Both the position numbers and the translations under genes were made by a program. The notes under the pieces are model-generated. The model saw only the letters and a list, made by a program, of their open reading frames with translations, was not told where the DNA came from and ran no database searches. A stretch of DNA of 64,000 nt, from assembly GCA_003216455.1 (NCBI GenBank), contig QCIV01000003.1, positions 18,667-82,666 of the forward strand. The letters are read 5' to 3'. The first letter of the stretch is position 1; each line of letters starts with the position of its first letter. Positions 19,114 to 30,885 of the stretch are shown here, piece after piece. This stretch comes from Prochlorococcus sp. AG-402-N17 (GTDB lineage Bacteria > Cyanobacteriota > Cyanobacteriia > PCC-6307 > Cyanobiaceae).

Positions 19114-20256
19114 GTGATAGGGTTCATTTCTGAAAAACTACTTATCCCGATTCTAGATTTTTTCTACGGTTTAGTCCCTAGTTATGGTTTAGCGATTGTT
19201 GCATTGACAGTCGTAATTAGAATTGCACTTTTCCCTCTAAGCGCTGGTTCCATTAGAAGCGCGAGAAGAATGAAGATTGCCCAACCAGTAATGCAAAAAA
19301 GACAAGCAGAAATAAAATCTAAGTTTTCAGGTGATCCAAAGAAACAGCAAGAAGAACTTGGAAAATTAATGAATGAGTTTGGCAGCCCTCTCGCAGGTTG
19401 CCTTCCCTTGATTGTTCAAATGCCAGTTCTATTTGCATTGTTTGCGACCCTAAGAGGCTCTCCATTCGCTGATGTACCTTACAACATAAATCTCAAGGTA
19501 GTTCCACAGGATCAAGTAGCAGCTATTGATCCAAAACCTTACAAATCCCCACGACACTCTATTTTTATTACAGAAAAATCACACTTTCCTGTAGTTGCTA
19601 CTATTCCTAGTGGAACAAAATTAGGAACAGATGAATCCATAAAGGTAAATTTACAGACAACAAATGGCAATAGCTATTCGGAAGTTTTATCTAAATACGA
19701 CAACGGATCTAAATTCCTCCCCACTTGGAAGGTTTCCAAAGGATCCGAAAACCTTAGAGTTTCCCAAGACGGTACTGTAACAGCAATTAAACCGGGTGAT
19801 GCAACAATCGAGGCGAAAATCCCAGGTCTAGCTGCTAAAAGTGGTTTCTTATTTATTAAAGCTCTTGGTCAAGTTGGTTTTTATGTAGATGGAGCAATTA
19901 ATTGGGATATTGCTGCTTTAGTAGGTGCTTTTGGATTAACCTTACTTCTTTCTCAAGTTTTATCAAGTCAGGGAATGCCTGCGAATCCACAGCAATCAAC
20001 AGCAAATAAAATTACACCAGTTATGATAACTGGAATGTTCCTGTTTTTTCCACTGCCAGCTGGAGTCTTGCTATACATGGTTGTTGCTAATATTTTCCAA
20101 GCGTTCCAGACTTTTCTGCTCAATAAAGAAGCTCTTCCTGAAAATTTACAGAAAATTCTGGATCAACAATCATTGGCAAAAAATGAAGTAATTTCAACTT
20201 CTGCTTCAACCATCTCAGATAAAAGATTACCTTTCGAACCTAACAGTAAAAAATAG
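19114..20256 (+). CDS. yidC: Membrane protein insertase YidC
   Basis: [33 protein letters not shown]. Confidence 0.96.
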   Translation: MIGFISEKLLIPILDFFYGLVPSYGLAIVALTVVIRIALFPLSAGSIRSARRMKIAQPVMQKRQAEIKSKFSGDPKKQQEELGKLMNEFGSPLAGCLPLIVQMPVLFALFATLRGSPFADVPYNINLKVVPQDQVAAIDPKPYKSPRHSIFITEKSHFPVVATIPSGTKLGTDESIKVNLQTTNGNSYSEVLSKYDNGSKFLPTWKVSKGSENLRVSQDGTVTAIKPGDATIEAKIPGLAAKSGFLFIKALGQVGFYVDGAINWDIAALVGAFGLTLLLSQVLSSQGMPANPQQSTANKITPVMITGMFLFFPLPAGVLLYMVVANIFQAFQTFLLNKEALPENLQKILDQQSLAKNEVISTSASTISDKRLPFEPNSKK

Positions 20257-20271
20257 TCTTAATCTTAAATA

Positions 20272-21738
20272 ATGAATTCTTGGTGTAGAAATTTAGAATT
20301 ACTCATAAAATCAAGAACCTCATTAATTTGGATCAGGACTAAAGAAGAGGAAAGATTAGAAAAGTTAGTTAATTTCTCTTGTAAAAAACTAAATATAAAA
20401 AGATTCGTTTCCTGGGATTGTGTTACCGGTATAAAAGGATTAATAAATGAAGAAGGTAAATTTTCTAACAATCCGTTAGGAATACTTAATTGGCTTAAAG
20501 AACTAAATTCTGAAGTTTCAACAGTTTTATTAGTTAAAGATTTTCATAAATTTTATGATGATCCATCTATCAATAGAACTATTAAAGAACTATTCTCAGC
20601 TCTTAAAAAAACTAGTCATAATTTAATTATTAGTTCTCATTTATTTCCATCATCAGAAGAGTTGGATGAATTAATGGCAATTTTAAATTTACCTTTACCA
20701 AATCAAATAGAATTAAAAAATCTTATAGAACAAATTGCTATCAATACCAATTCAAATCTAGAGGAACAAGACTTAAACGAACTTTCTATAGCTTCAAGTG
20801 GACTTACTGAAATCAAAGTAAAGCAAGTCACTGCAAAGGCACTTGCTCAAAGAGGAAAAATAAGTAAAGAAGATATTAAAGATATTCTTGAAGAGAAAAA
20901 ACAAGTAATAGCCAGAAGTGAAATTTTAGAATTTTTCGAAGCAAAATCAAGTCAAGATGATATTGGTGGTTTAAATGTTTTAAAAGTTTGGCTTAATCAA
21001 AGATACAGGGCCTTTTCTAAAGAAGCTAGAGACTATGGATTACCTATTCCTAAGGGAGTCTTACTAGTTGGAGCTCAAGGAACAGGGAAATCGCTAACCG
21101 CAAAATCAATTTCTAAGAGTTGGTCGATGCCGCTGCTTAGGCTCGATGTTGGAAGACTATTTTCTAGCCTTGTTGGTTCAAGCGAAGCAAGAACAAGAGA
21201 AGCAATATTAAGAGCTGAGGCCATGTCTCCTTGTATCCTTTGGATCGATGAAATTGACAAGGGCTTTGGTGGTGATGCTAGAAGTGATGGAGGAACAAGT
21301 CAAAGGGTTTTGGCAAGTTTGCTAACTTGGATGGCTGAAAAAGAATCTGCCGTATTTGTCATAGCTACCGCTAATGCTATAGATAAGCTTCCTGCTGAAT
21401 TACTAAGAAAAGGTAGATTTGATGAGATATTTTTTCTTGATTTACCAAATTCTGAAGAAAGATTAAGTATTCTGAATTTGCATTTAAAAAAAAGAAGACC
21501 AAATTACAGGTTTCCTCTTTCCACTATCATTGATAGGACAATTGGATTCTCAGGTGCAGAACTTGAACAAGCAGTGATAGAGGGGATGCATATTTCATTC
21601 TCTGAAAACAGAGAACTTATGGAGAAAGATTTAATAAAGGCAGTTTCTGAATTAGTTCCCTTATCTAGAACAGCTAAGGAGCAAATTGAATTACTTAAAG
21701 AATGGTCAACTACTGGCCGTGCTCGTTCTGCATCATAG
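20272..21738 (+). CDS. AAA+ ATPase, Ycf46 family
   Basis: Walker A GAQGTGKS, Walker B LWIDEIDK, LLRKGRFDEIFF. Confidence 0.9.
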   Translation: MNSWCRNLELLIKSRTSLIWIRTKEEERLEKLVNFSCKKLNIKRFVSWDCVTGIKGLINEEGKFSNNPLGILNWLKELNSEVSTVLLVKDFHKFYDDPSINRTIKELFSALKKTSHNLIISSHLFPSSEELDELMAILNLPLPNQIELKNLIEQIAINTNSNLEEQDLNELSIASSGLTEIKVKQVTAKALAQRGKISKEDIKDILEEKKQVIARSEILEFFEAKSSQDDIGGLNVLKVWLNQRYRAFSKEARDYGLPIPKGVLLVGAQGTGKSLTAKSISKSWSMPLLRLDVGRLFSSLVGSSEARTREAILRAEAMSPCILWIDEIDKGFGGDARSDGGTSQRVLASLLTWMAEKESAVFVIATANAIDKLPAELLRKGRFDEIFFLDLPNSEERLSILNLHLKKRRPNYRFPLSTIIDRTIGFSGAELEQAVIEGMHISFSENRELMEKDLIKAVSELVPLSRTAKEQIELLKEWSTTGRARSAS

Positions 21739-21860
21739 CTAAAAAATATTAATTAAAAATAATCAGTAAGTTAGGAATCATTAATTTAGTTAATTTTTAG
21801 TCAAAAATCCCTAATATTGAATTTAGATTAACTATTTTAATTAAGGTATAAAAAAAAATA

Positions 21861-23138
21861 GTGTTAGATCAAAAATTAATAAGAGAAAACCCAACTTCAG
21901 TTGAAGAAAGTTTAGCCTTAAGAGGAAAAGTATTTAATATTTCCCCAATACAAGAATTAACTCTTCAAAAAAAAGAAATTGATATACAAATATCCAGTCT
22001 CCAATCTGAAAGTAAAAAGTTAAGTAAATTGATCGGTCAAGAACTCAGCAAATCTAAAAACAATGATTCTCCAGAAGTAAATAATTTAAAGAAAAAAGGA
22101 AATGATTACAGAACCAAAATTTCAGAATTTGAAGAAAGAAAAAGAACCTTAGATAAAAATATACATAATGAAATTTGTAATTTACCAAATTTACCTAGCA
22201 AAGATGCTCCTTTTGGAAAAGATGAAAGTCATAACGTTCAAGTGAAAACTTGGGGAGATCCGTTAGAAACAGAAAATCTTAAATCTCATTGGGAAATAGG
22301 CGAAAGTCTTAATCTTTTTGACTCTGTCAAATCAACTAAAATATCAAAAAGTCGTTTTATTACACTTATTGGTAATGGGGCCAGATTAGAGAGAGCATTA
22401 ATAAATTTTATGCTTGACATGCATACTAGCAATGGTTATTTAGAGTTAATGCCTCCAGCTTTGGTGAATTCAGAAAGTCTTACCGGATCTGGTCAATTAC
22501 CTAAATTTTCAAATGAAAGTTTTAAGTGTTCTAATGACGACCTGTGGCTTTCTCCAACTGCTGAAGTTCCACTAACTGCTTTTCACAGAAATGATATTAT
22601 TGATTCCAAGCAATTACCTCTTAAGTATGTTGCATATAGCCCATGTTTTAGGAGAGAAGCTGGAAGTTATGGAAGAGATACAAAAGGCTTAATAAGACTT
22701 CATCAATTTAATAAAGTTGAACTATATTGGTTTTGTGATCCAAGTAAATCTATTGAAGCTCATAAGATGATCACTTTAGATGCAGAAAATATTTTAAAAA
22801 AGCTTAATCTTCCTTACAGATTAGTTGATATTTGTACTGGAGACTTAGGTTTTTCTTCAAGCAGAACTTTTGATCTTGAAGTCTGGCTACCAAGTAGTAA
22901 ATGTTACAGGGAAATTTCAAGTTGTAGCAACTGTTTAGACTTTCAAGCTCGCAGATCATCAATAAGAGCAAAAATTGATAAAAAAAATACATATTTGCAC
23001 ACCTTAAATGGTAGTGGGCTTGCAATTGGAAGAACTATGGCTGCTATTCTTGAGAATGGCCAACAAACAGACGGGAACGTAAAAATTCCAGATGCTCTAG
23101 TTCCATATTTTGGATCAAATATTTTAAAAACTTCTTAA
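21861..23138 (+). CDS. serS: Serine--tRNA ligase
   Basis: [43 protein letters not shown]. Confidence 0.98.
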   Translation: MLDQKLIRENPTSVEESLALRGKVFNISPIQELTLQKKEIDIQISSLQSESKKLSKLIGQELSKSKNNDSPEVNNLKKKGNDYRTKISEFEERKRTLDKNIHNEICNLPNLPSKDAPFGKDESHNVQVKTWGDPLETENLKSHWEIGESLNLFDSVKSTKISKSRFITLIGNGARLERALINFMLDMHTSNGYLELMPPALVNSESLTGSGQLPKFSNESFKCSNDDLWLSPTAEVPLTAFHRNDIIDSKQLPLKYVAYSPCFRREAGSYGRDTKGLIRLHQFNKVELYWFCDPSKSIEAHKMITLDAENILKKLNLPYRLVDICTGDLGFSSSRTFDLEVWLPSSKCYREISSCSNCLDFQARRSSIRAKIDKKNTYLHTLNGSGLAIGRTMAAILENGQQTDGNVKIPDALVPYFGSNILKTS

Positions 23139-23147
23139 TATATTTAA

Positions 23148-24227
23148 ATGAACGTTTTAACCTCAATTACAGTTCTGGGATTTCTCATTTTTTTTCATGA
23201 GATGGGACATTTTCTTGCGGCAATTTTGCAAGGCATCTATGTTGATGGATTTTCAATTGGTTTTGGACCATCAATAATTCAGAAAAGATATAAAAACATT
23301 ACCTATTCACTTAGAGCCTTTCCACTAGGGGGATTTGTTTCCTTCCCTGATGAAGAAATAAATAATATTGACCCTAAAGATCCAAATCTTTTAAAGAATA
23401 GGCCAGTAATTCAAAGAGTAATTGTTATATCCGCTGGGGTATTTGCTAACTTAATTCTTGCCTATACTATTTTGATTATAAATGTAACTACAATTGGAAT
23501 TCCATTTGCCCCCGAGCCTGGTATTTTAGTTTTGGCTACTCAGCCGGAGAAGGCTGCTTCTCTTGCTGGATTACAAGCAGGGGATAAAATCTTAAAAATT
23601 GAAGGCAATACTTTAGGAGTTGGCGATCAAGCAGTTTCTGCTTTAGTAAAAGAGATTCAAAATGCATCAGAAAAACCAATTTCGATAACAATTGATAGAG
23701 ATGGGGTTCTGAAAGATTTAACTGTGATCCCAAGAAACATAAATGGGAAGGGTACTATAGGCGCTCAATTACAGCCTAATATAAAAAAAGAGACTAAAAA
23801 GACAAAAAACATATTCGAACTTTTTAAATACACCAATAATGAGTTTTCATCACTTTTAGTAAAAACAATACAAGGTTATAAAGGATTAATTACAAATTTC
23901 TCCTCAACAGCTCAGCAATTAAGCGGGCCCGTCAAAATCGTTGAAATTGGCGCTCAACTATCACAACAAGGAGGAACTGGAATATTATTATTTGCCGCAC
24001 TAATTTCTATAAATTTAGCAGTTCTCAATTCTTTACCCTTACCACTATTGGATGGGGGACAACTTGTCTTCACTTTGATTGAAGGTTTTAGAGGAAAACC
24101 AGTCCCAGTTAAGGTGCAAATGGTGGTTACTCAATCAAGTTTCTTTCTTTTAGTTGGACTTAGTGTACTACTTATAATAAGGGATACTAGTCAACTTTTA
24201 ATAGTACAAAGATTATTAAACCAATAA
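23148..24227 (+). CDS. rseP: RIP metalloprotease RseP
   Basis: HEMGH zinc motif, PDZ region, NSLPLPLLDGG. Confidence 0.95.
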   Translation: MNVLTSITVLGFLIFFHEMGHFLAAILQGIYVDGFSIGFGPSIIQKRYKNITYSLRAFPLGGFVSFPDEEINNIDPKDPNLLKNRPVIQRVIVISAGVFANLILAYTILIINVTTIGIPFAPEPGILVLATQPEKAASLAGLQAGDKILKIEGNTLGVGDQAVSALVKEIQNASEKPISITIDRDGVLKDLTVIPRNINGKGTIGAQLQPNIKKETKKTKNIFELFKYTNNEFSSLLVKTIQGYKGLITNFSSTAQQLSGPVKIVEIGAQLSQQGGTGILLFAALISINLAVLNSLPLPLLDGGQLVFTLIEGFRGKPVPVKVQMVVTQSSFFLLVGLSVLLIIRDTSQLLIVQRLLNQ

Positions 24228-24289
24228 AAAAATTTTAAAATTGTTATCCAAGCTGTTAAAATAATAAATAATCTAAGAAATTCTATTAA

Positions 24290-24592
24290 ATGGCTAAAAA
24301 GTCCATGATTGCTAGAGAAGTCAAACGCAAAAAGCTTGTACAGAAATATGCTGCAAAAAGAAAATCGCTACTAGATGAATTCAATGCTGCAAAAGACCCA
24401 ATGGAAAAATTAGAAATTCATAGAAAGATACAGGGTCTACCTAGAAATTCTGCCCCAAACAGAGTAAGGAATAGATGTTGGGCAACTGGCAAACCAAGAG
24501 GAGTCTACAGAGACTTTGGTCTTTGCAGGAATCAGTTGAGACAAAGAGCTCATAATGGTGAGCTCCCTGGAGTAGTTAAATCAAGTTGGTAG
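24290..24592 (+). CDS. rpsN: 30S ribosomal protein S14
   Basis: [32 protein letters not shown]. Confidence 0.98.
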   Translation: MAKKSMIAREVKRKKLVQKYAAKRKSLLDEFNAAKDPMEKLEIHRKIQGLPRNSAPNRVRNRCWATGKPRGVYRDFGLCRNQLRQRAHNGELPGVVKSSW

Positions 24593-24764
24593 TACAAATA
24601 AGTTTTTTTAGTACTTTATTTTCTAATGATAAATTCATAACTGAAGAAATCTATATTTATTTTTGACACATTTTTAAAAATTTTTATAGCTTATTTAAAT
24701 AATTCACTCAATATGTACCTATAAGATGTAAGAATAAATTATGTTTAGATTTATAATTTAAAAA

Positions 24765-26930
24765 GTGGAAGGACAAAATAAGTCGATCACGTTTGACGGA
24801 CGAGAGATACGACTAACTACAGGACTATATGCTCCTCAAGCAAATGGATCAGTAATGATTGAGTGCGGTGATACCTCACTATTAGTTACTGCAACAAAAA
24901 CTACAAAAAAAGATACTTCTGACTTTCTACCTCTAATATGTGACTATGAGGAGAAACTATATGCTGCTGGAAGAATTCCTGGCGGTTTTATGAGGAGAGA
25001 AGGTCGCCCGCCAGAAAGAGCGACTTTAATTGCAAGATTGATTGACAGGCCAATGAGGCCACTTTTCCCTTCATGGATGAGAGATGAGATACAAATTGTT
25101 GCCTCTTGTCTTTCTCTAGATGAAAGAGTTCCTGCAGATGTTTTAGCTGTTACTGGGGCTTCGCTAGCAACTTTGCTTGGAGAGATCCCATTTTATGGGC
25201 CAATGGCTGCAGTTAGAGTTGGTCTCATAGGAGATGATTTTATATTAAATCCAAGTTATAGAGAAATAGAAAGAGGAGATTTAGACATTGTTGTTGCAGG
25301 CTCACCTGAAGGCATTGTCATGATTGAAGCAGGTGCTAATCAGTTATCCGAGCAAGATACTATCGAGGCGATAGATTTTGGTTATGAAGCAGTTACTGAA
25401 CTTATTAAATCGCAAGAAGATTTACTTAAAGATTTAGGAATAAAGCAGATAATGCCATCTGAGCCTGAAGAAGATCAAACATTTCCCTCTTATTTAGAGA
25501 AAAATTGCACAAAACAGATTGAGTTAGTGTTAAAGAAATTTGATCTTTCAAAGGAAGAGAGAGATCTTGAACTCGAAAAAATAAAAGTTGCAACTCAAGG
25601 CAAAATTGATTCTTTGAAAGATGACAACCAATTAAAAGTTCTTCTTTCAGATAATGATAAATTATTAAGTCAAGACTTTAAAAAATTAACAAAAAAATTA
25701 ATGAGGTCCCAAATCATTAATGATGGGAAAAGAGTTGACGGGAGAGATCTAGACGAAGTTAGAAAAATATCAGCTTCTGCAGGAATTCTTCCAAAAAGAG
25801 TTCATGGATCTGCACTATTTCAAAGGGGGTTAACCCAAGTTTTGTCTACAACCACATTAGGTACACCTAGTGATGCTCAAGAAATGGATGACCTGAATCC
25901 AAGTACTGAAAAAACTTATCTACATCACTACAATTTCCCTCCTTATTCAGTAGGAGAAACAAGACCAATGAGAACCCCTGGGAGAAGGGAAATTGGCCAT
26001 GGGGCATTAGCAGAAAGAGCAATAATCCCAGTATTGCCAGGAAAAGAAACATTCCCTTATGTACTAAGGGTAGTTAGCGAAGTTTTAAGTTCCAACGGAT
26101 CTACATCAATGGGTTCTGTATGTGGAAGCACCCTTTCATTATTAGATGCGGGAGTTCCTTTAAAAGCTCTCGTAAGTGGTACTGCCATGGGTTTAATCAA
26201 AGAAGGGAAAGAAGTGCGAATTCTTACTGATATTCAAGGCATTGAAGATTTTCTTGGAGACATGGACTTTAAAGTTGCAGGTACTGATAAAGGTATAACA
26301 GCTTTACAAATGGATATGAAAATTACAGGTTTACCAGTTTCTATTATTTCTGATGCTATTAAAAAAGCTCGTCCTGCAAGATTACATATTTTAGAAAAGA
26401 TGCAAGCAGCAATTGACAAGCCTCAGGAATCTCTTTCTCCGCATGCTCCCCGACTATTAAGCTTTAGAATTGACCCTGAGCTTATAGGAACTGTTATTGG
26501 ACCAGGTGGAAGAACTATTAAAGGAATCACTGAAAGAACGAATACAAAAATAGATATAGAAGATGGTGGAATTGTCACTATTGCTTCTCATGATGGAGCT
26601 GCTGCAGAAGAAGCTCAAAAGATAATAGAAGGATTAACGCGCAAGGTTCATGAAGGTGAGATCTTCTCTGGAGTTGTGACAAGAATAATACCTATAGGTG
26701 CATTTGTAGAAATATTGCCAGGCAAAGAAGGAATGGTTCACATTTCTCAATTATCTGAAGCTAGGGTTGAGAGAGTAGAAGATGTAGTAAGACAAGGAGA
26801 TGAAGTAACTGTAAGAGTTAGGGAGATTGATAGTAGAGGAAGAATTAATCTGACATTAAGAGGTGTAGGACAAAATAATGGAATGTCTTATCCAGAACCA
26901 ACCCCAACTCCAGTTGCTCCACTTAATTAA
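24765..26930 (+). CDS. pnp: Polyribonucleotide nucleotidyltransferase (PNPase)
   Basis: [40 protein letters not shown] and S1 domains. Confidence 0.98.
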   Translation: MEGQNKSITFDGREIRLTTGLYAPQANGSVMIECGDTSLLVTATKTTKKDTSDFLPLICDYEEKLYAAGRIPGGFMRREGRPPERATLIARLIDRPMRPLFPSWMRDEIQIVASCLSLDERVPADVLAVTGASLATLLGEIPFYGPMAAVRVGLIGDDFILNPSYREIERGDLDIVVAGSPEGIVMIEAGANQLSEQDTIEAIDFGYEAVTELIKSQEDLLKDLGIKQIMPSEPEEDQTFPSYLEKNCTKQIELVLKKFDLSKEERDLELEKIKVATQGKIDSLKDDNQLKVLLSDNDKLLSQDFKKLTKKLMRSQIINDGKRVDGRDLDEVRKISASAGILPKRVHGSALFQRGLTQVLSTTTLGTPSDAQEMDDLNPSTEKTYLHHYNFPPYSVGETRPMRTPGRREIGHGALAERAIIPVLPGKETFPYVLRVVSEVLSSNGSTSMGSVCGSTLSLLDAGVPLKALVSGTAMGLIKEGKEVRILTDIQGIEDFLGDMDFKVAGTDKGITALQMDMKITGLPVSIISDAIKKARPARLHILEKMQAAIDKPQESLSPHAPRLLSFRIDPELIGTVIGPGGRTIKGITERTNTKIDIEDGGIVTIASHDGAAAEEAQKIIEGLTRKVHEGEIFSGVVTRIIPIGAFVEILPGKEGMVHISQLSEARVERVEDVVRQGDEVTVRVREIDSRGRINLTLRGVGQNNGMSYPEPTPTPVAPLN

Positions 26931-26932
26931 AA

Positions 26933-27835
26933 TTAAAGAGGATAAATTCCATTATCCTCAATAATTTTCTTTATTTCGAAGCAAATACTTCCGTGAGTTT
27001 TCTTGTTATTTGTGGCAACTATAATGCCCCCTTGCTCGAAACCAGCTTTCCCATAGGATAATTCTTTATTATCTAAATTTGTAATTTCCCCACCAGCTGC
27101 TTTCAAAATAGCCGCGGGGGCAGCAAAATCCCAATCTTTTGGGGAGCTTTTTCCGGGTAAGCTTAAACATATATAAATATCACTCTCTCCTCTAATAATA
27201 GATGTGACCTTACAGCCAATACTTCCCATAATGATTACTTCTTTAAAGTCAATTTTTTGGATCAAATTTTTTAAAGTTGGATTTCTATGATTTTTACTAG
27301 TTACTAAAACCATCTCTTTAAGATTTTTATTATGAGGTTTATTAAGTTTAATTAGTGATCCATCTCTTTTCTCACACCAAACGTTCTCAACATTACTTAT
27401 CCATAATTGATCCTTTTCGGGTATTAAAACAATTCCAATAAATGGTTTATTTTTAAAATTCAATGCCAAGTGCAAAGCATAGTTACTTGTTGCTTGAATG
27501 AAATCTTTTGTTCCATCAAGAGGATCAAGAACCCACAACCAGTCCGCACTAGGATCATAATTTTCAGACTCTATCTTTACATTCTCTTCGCTCAATATTT
27601 CCCAATTAATATCCTTATATTTTTCATTAATTCTTTTAATTATTAAATTATTGACTTTTAAATCAGCTATTGTTACTGGATCCTCATCATTGTCATTTTT
27701 TAGAATATCAGTTTTATTTTTTGGATCTTTTAGTATTTTAGAATAATAAAGTAAAACATCTGCAGCTTCCCAACAAAAGATTCTCAAATCTTCAATAAGA
27801 CTATTAATTTCTACACCCGATGGTAATTTAATCAC
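26933..27835 (-). CDS. cysQ: 3'(2'),5'-bisphosphate nucleotidase CysQ / inositol monophosphatase family
   Basis: PVTIAD, LSEE, WVLDPLDGTKDF, WDFAA; GTG 27835 preferred start. Confidence 0.88.
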   Translation of the reverse strand: MIKLPSGVEINSLIEDLRIFCWEAADVLLYYSKILKDPKNKTDILKNDNDEDPVTIADLKVNNLIIKRINEKYKDINWEILSEENVKIESENYDPSADWLWVLDPLDGTKDFIQATSNYALHLALNFKNKPFIGIVLIPEKDQLWISNVENVWCEKRDGSLIKLNKPHNKNLKEMVLVTSKNHRNPTLKNLIQKIDFKEVIIMGSIGCKVTSIIRGESDIYICLSLPGKSSPKDWDFAAPAAILKAAGGEITNLDNKELSYGKAGFEQGGIIVATNNKKTHGSICFEIKKIIEDNGIYPL

Positions 27836-27838
27836 TAA

Positions 27839-28705
27839 ATGAATATTAAACTTACATCTTCTCATAAAAAACAAGAACCTGAAAGTGGTTGTTTATATAT
27901 CGTTGGTACCCCTATTGGTAATTTAAGTGATCTTTCTTATAGAGCAATAAATGTTCTTAAAAATGTTTCTCAAATTGCTTGCGAAGATACTAGACAAACA
28001 GCAAAAATAATGAGCAAGTATAATTTTAAAAATCATCTTATAAGTTTCAATAAAAATAATTCTTTTCAGAAAATTCCAAGAATAATAAAAAACTTAAATG
28101 AAGGCCAATCATATGCTTTAGTGAGTGATGCTGGGATGCCTAGTATATGTGATCCCGGCGAGGACCTTATCAAAGAAGCTAGATCGAATGGTTTGCCCGT
28201 AATCTGCATTCCAGGACCATGTGCTGCAATAACTGCACTTGTAACAAGCGGTCTTCCATCTTCTAAGTTTATATTTCAGGGTTTTCTTCCAAAAAAGGCT
28301 TCTGAAAGGAAAGAAAGTTTGTTAGCTATCAGTAGATATGAGAATACTTCAATAATATTTGAAGCCCCCCATCGTCTAAAAAAACTGCTTTACGAATTAA
28401 AAGAATATTGTGGGGGTGATAGAGAAATACGAGTTTCAAGAGAATTAACAAAAAGGTTTGAACAACATGTTGGGGATAATGTTTACGAAGTTATAGATTT
28501 TTTCAAGGATAGAGAGGTGATTGGTGAAATCACAGTTGTAATTAATGGAATAAATAAATCCAATAATAATTTAGAGTTTGATAGCTTTGAAATAAAAAAA
28601 GAACTAAATGATTTAATTAAAGCCGGTTTGACCTTATCAGCAGCCTCCAAATATTTAGCAAAAAAAAATAATCTCCCAAAAAGCATCATATATAATTTGC
28701 ATTAA
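27839..28705 (+). CDS. rsmI: 16S rRNA (cytidine1402-2'-O)-methyltransferase
   Basis: LYIVGTPIGNL.D, ACEDTR, VSDAGMP.ICDPG, FEAPHR, RELTK.FE. Confidence 0.95.
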   Translation: MNIKLTSSHKKQEPESGCLYIVGTPIGNLSDLSYRAINVLKNVSQIACEDTRQTAKIMSKYNFKNHLISFNKNNSFQKIPRIIKNLNEGQSYALVSDAGMPSICDPGEDLIKEARSNGLPVICIPGPCAAITALVTSGLPSSKFIFQGFLPKKASERKESLLAISRYENTSIIFEAPHRLKKLLYELKEYCGGDREIRVSRELTKRFEQHVGDNVYEVIDFFKDREVIGEITVVINGINKSNNNLEFDSFEIKKELNDLIKAGLTLSAASKYLAKKNNLPKSIIYNLH

Positions 28706-28729
28706 AATTTAATTAAATAACTTTAAAAA

Positions 28730-28954
28730 ATGTTGCGCCCTTTAAAAAAAATATTTTTCACAATTTCATTTAATATCTCTTTATTTTTGATGTTAATGAT
28801 TGGAATTCAAAATAGTTCAAATACTAGAAAAGTAAATTTAATTTTAAGCGAAACAGTTTCATTACCAATAAGTTTCATAATTGGAGTAAGTTTCATAAGT
28901 GGTTCATTAACAGGCAGCCTCATAACAACAAAATTTATAAACCAAAAACAATAA
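28730..28954 (+). CDS. Small membrane protein (LapA-like, two TM around a QN motif)
   Basis: FLMLMIGIQNS...VNL...LPISFIIGVSFISG. Confidence 0.7.
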   Translation: MLRPLKKIFFTISFNISLFLMLMIGIQNSSNTRKVNLILSETVSLPISFIIGVSFISGSLTGSLITTKFINQKQ

Positions 28955-28959
28955 AATTT

Positions 28960-29643
28960 TTACAGTGCTATTAATTTGTCTCCACTAACAATTCTTGAAA
29001 TACCTCTAGAGACTAAAATTGGAGCAACGATCTTAAACACATCTGTATTTGGCACTTTTATCACTTTTTGATCTTTACTACAAAATCTTTTTGCATTTTT
29101 AAGGTCATCAAAAATTTGAATTGTTTTTCTATTTAATTCATTCAGTGAAAGAAATTGCCATTCTGCATAATCTTTTAGGGGTTTAGTTTCCAATTCAATT
29201 TTTTTATCTACAATCATATAAACAACTTTAGGGAAATCTATCTCTAATATGGGAACTGAAGATAATTCTGGTCGAGATGAATTATCCATCTCATAATCTA
29301 TTGGAGCGATCTCAATAAATGATTCTAATGGAACAAAATCTAATCCTTTTCTATTTTTTTCAGAATTTTTTAAATTTATAAGGTCTTTCTGAAAAACTTC
29401 ATCATCAGTTTTTTTATCTAGGAGAATATTATTATATTTTTTTTTACCTATATTTTTTTCTTTTGAAGGTTTATTTTTTTGGATTAGTTCTTGATATTTT
29501 ATATCTCCAAGAATTTTTTTCAAATTCCTTGATATTGTTGACTTAGTACAGTCGAATTCTTTTGATAAAACATCAATAGATTTACCAGATTTAAAATTTT
29601 CTACTAATTCTTTTTTTTGTCCTTCGGAAAGTCTTTTTGTCAA
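28960..29643 (-). CDS. Helix-turn-helix domain protein
   Basis: N-terminal RLSEGQK...GKSIDVLSKEFDCTKSTISRNLK HTH; C-terminal domain not recognised. Confidence 0.72.
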   Translation of the reverse strand: MTKRLSEGQKKELVENFKSGKSIDVLSKEFDCTKSTISRNLKKILGDIKYQELIQKNKPSKEKNIGKKKYNNILLDKKTDDEVFQKDLINLKNSEKNRKGLDFVPLESFIEIAPIDYEMDNSSRPELSSVPILEIDFPKVVYMIVDKKIELETKPLKDYAEWQFLSLNELNRKTIQIFDDLKNAKRFCSKDQKVIKVPNTDVFKIVAPILVSRGISRIVSGDKLIAL

Positions 29644-29908
29644 AATTGAATTTTAATAATATCAATATCCTAAGAAAATTTATGAAAAAAATAAAGTCTC
29701 AAAGATATTTAGTAATTTAGGATAAACAAAATTTTTACATAATCTAATGTATTTTAAGCCTTATATTTTTATTATATAAAGGTAATGAAATTTGATTGAT
29801 TAAATTTTTTATCAGTTCAAATTTTAAATGCATATTATTAACTTATTATTTAATCTTTTTGAATTAATAATTTAAAATTTATAATTTTACAAGTAAAAAA
29901 AGTTTCTT

Positions 29909-30637
29909 ATGAATTGCTTTTTACCAAAATCTTTTAAATTTAAGCAGGCAAAAGATCTTATTAGAATCGGGAAAGATAACGATGGTGGATATTTGATTTC
30001 TAAAAAGGATTTATTAAAATCAGATTTTTTACTAAGTCTAGGAATTTACGACGACTGGTCATTCGAAAAAGATTTTATAAAGAAAAATAAAATACCTGTA
30101 CATGCTTATGATGCCTCATTAAATTACAAATTTTTAATAAAATTAAAGATTTCTATTATAGATAAAGTAAAAAAAATTTTTTCTTACAAAAATTTTTTCA
30201 AGGGTAAAAATGTCCATTTTAGAAAATTTATTGGTATAAATAATAATAAAGAAGGTTTCTGCACATTATCTTCTGTTCTAAAAGATTTAGAATTTAAAGC
30301 AATATTTTTAAAAATAGATATTGAAGGATCTGAGTATAGAATTTTGGATAGTATTATTTCAAATCATCAAAAGCTAAGTGGATTAGTAATAGAATTTCAT
30401 GATTGTGATATTAATCTTTCAAAAATAAAGTGTTTTATAAAAAACTTTAACTTAAAATTAGTTCATATTCATGCTAATAATCATGGTTTATTTGATTTAG
30501 ACAAAAAAATACCTCTCGTTTTAGAACTTACTTTTAGTCAATATTGTGAATTAAATGATCAATTAGATCTACCTCATCCATTAGACATGAAAAATGATAA
30601 AAATAGAGAAGAAATAAATTTAGAATTCTTAAAATAA
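29909..30637 (+). CDS. FkbM/Methyltransf_22-like putative methyltransferase
   Basis: RIG..NDGGY, SLGI.DDWSFE, FLKIDIEGSEY, VIEFH, HIHANN. Confidence 0.78.
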   Translation: MNCFLPKSFKFKQAKDLIRIGKDNDGGYLISKKDLLKSDFLLSLGIYDDWSFEKDFIKKNKIPVHAYDASLNYKFLIKLKISIIDKVKKIFSYKNFFKGKNVHFRKFIGINNNKEGFCTLSSVLKDLEFKAIFLKIDIEGSEYRILDSIISNHQKLSGLVIEFHDCDINLSKIKCFIKNFNLKLVHIHANNHGLFDLDKKIPLVLELTFSQYCELNDQLDLPHPLDMKNDKNREEINLEFLK

Positions 30638-30686
30638 TAACGTCGACTAATTACTCCAATTAAAAATTAATTTTAAAATTTACTTG

Positions 30687-30715
30687 TTGAGTTTACAGGA
30701 CTGTTTTAATATAGT
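30687..30715 (+). promoter_or_regulatory. Sigma70-like promoter for tRNA-Arg and its leader
   Basis: TTGAGT(30687-92)-17 nt-TATAGT(30710-15). Confidence 0.5.
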
Positions 30716-30811
30716 TAGGTCATTACGGTTTTGTTTTTAAAAAACTTTCAAAATAAGGAGACATTTCATCTCTTCGCCCTTTCCTGCGACATTCAAGCCG
30801 AAAGACCTTAA

Positions 30812-30885
<74 letters not shown>

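Noticed and set aside
27836-27874. Extended cysQ N-terminus from the ORF track (MFFMRRCKF...)
   Set aside because: Overlaps rsmI antisense; GTG 27835 is more plausible
28960-29643. HTH protein as a resolvase or mobile element near the tRNA
   Set aside because: Only an N-terminal HTH is present; no serine or tyrosine recombinase catalytic motifs
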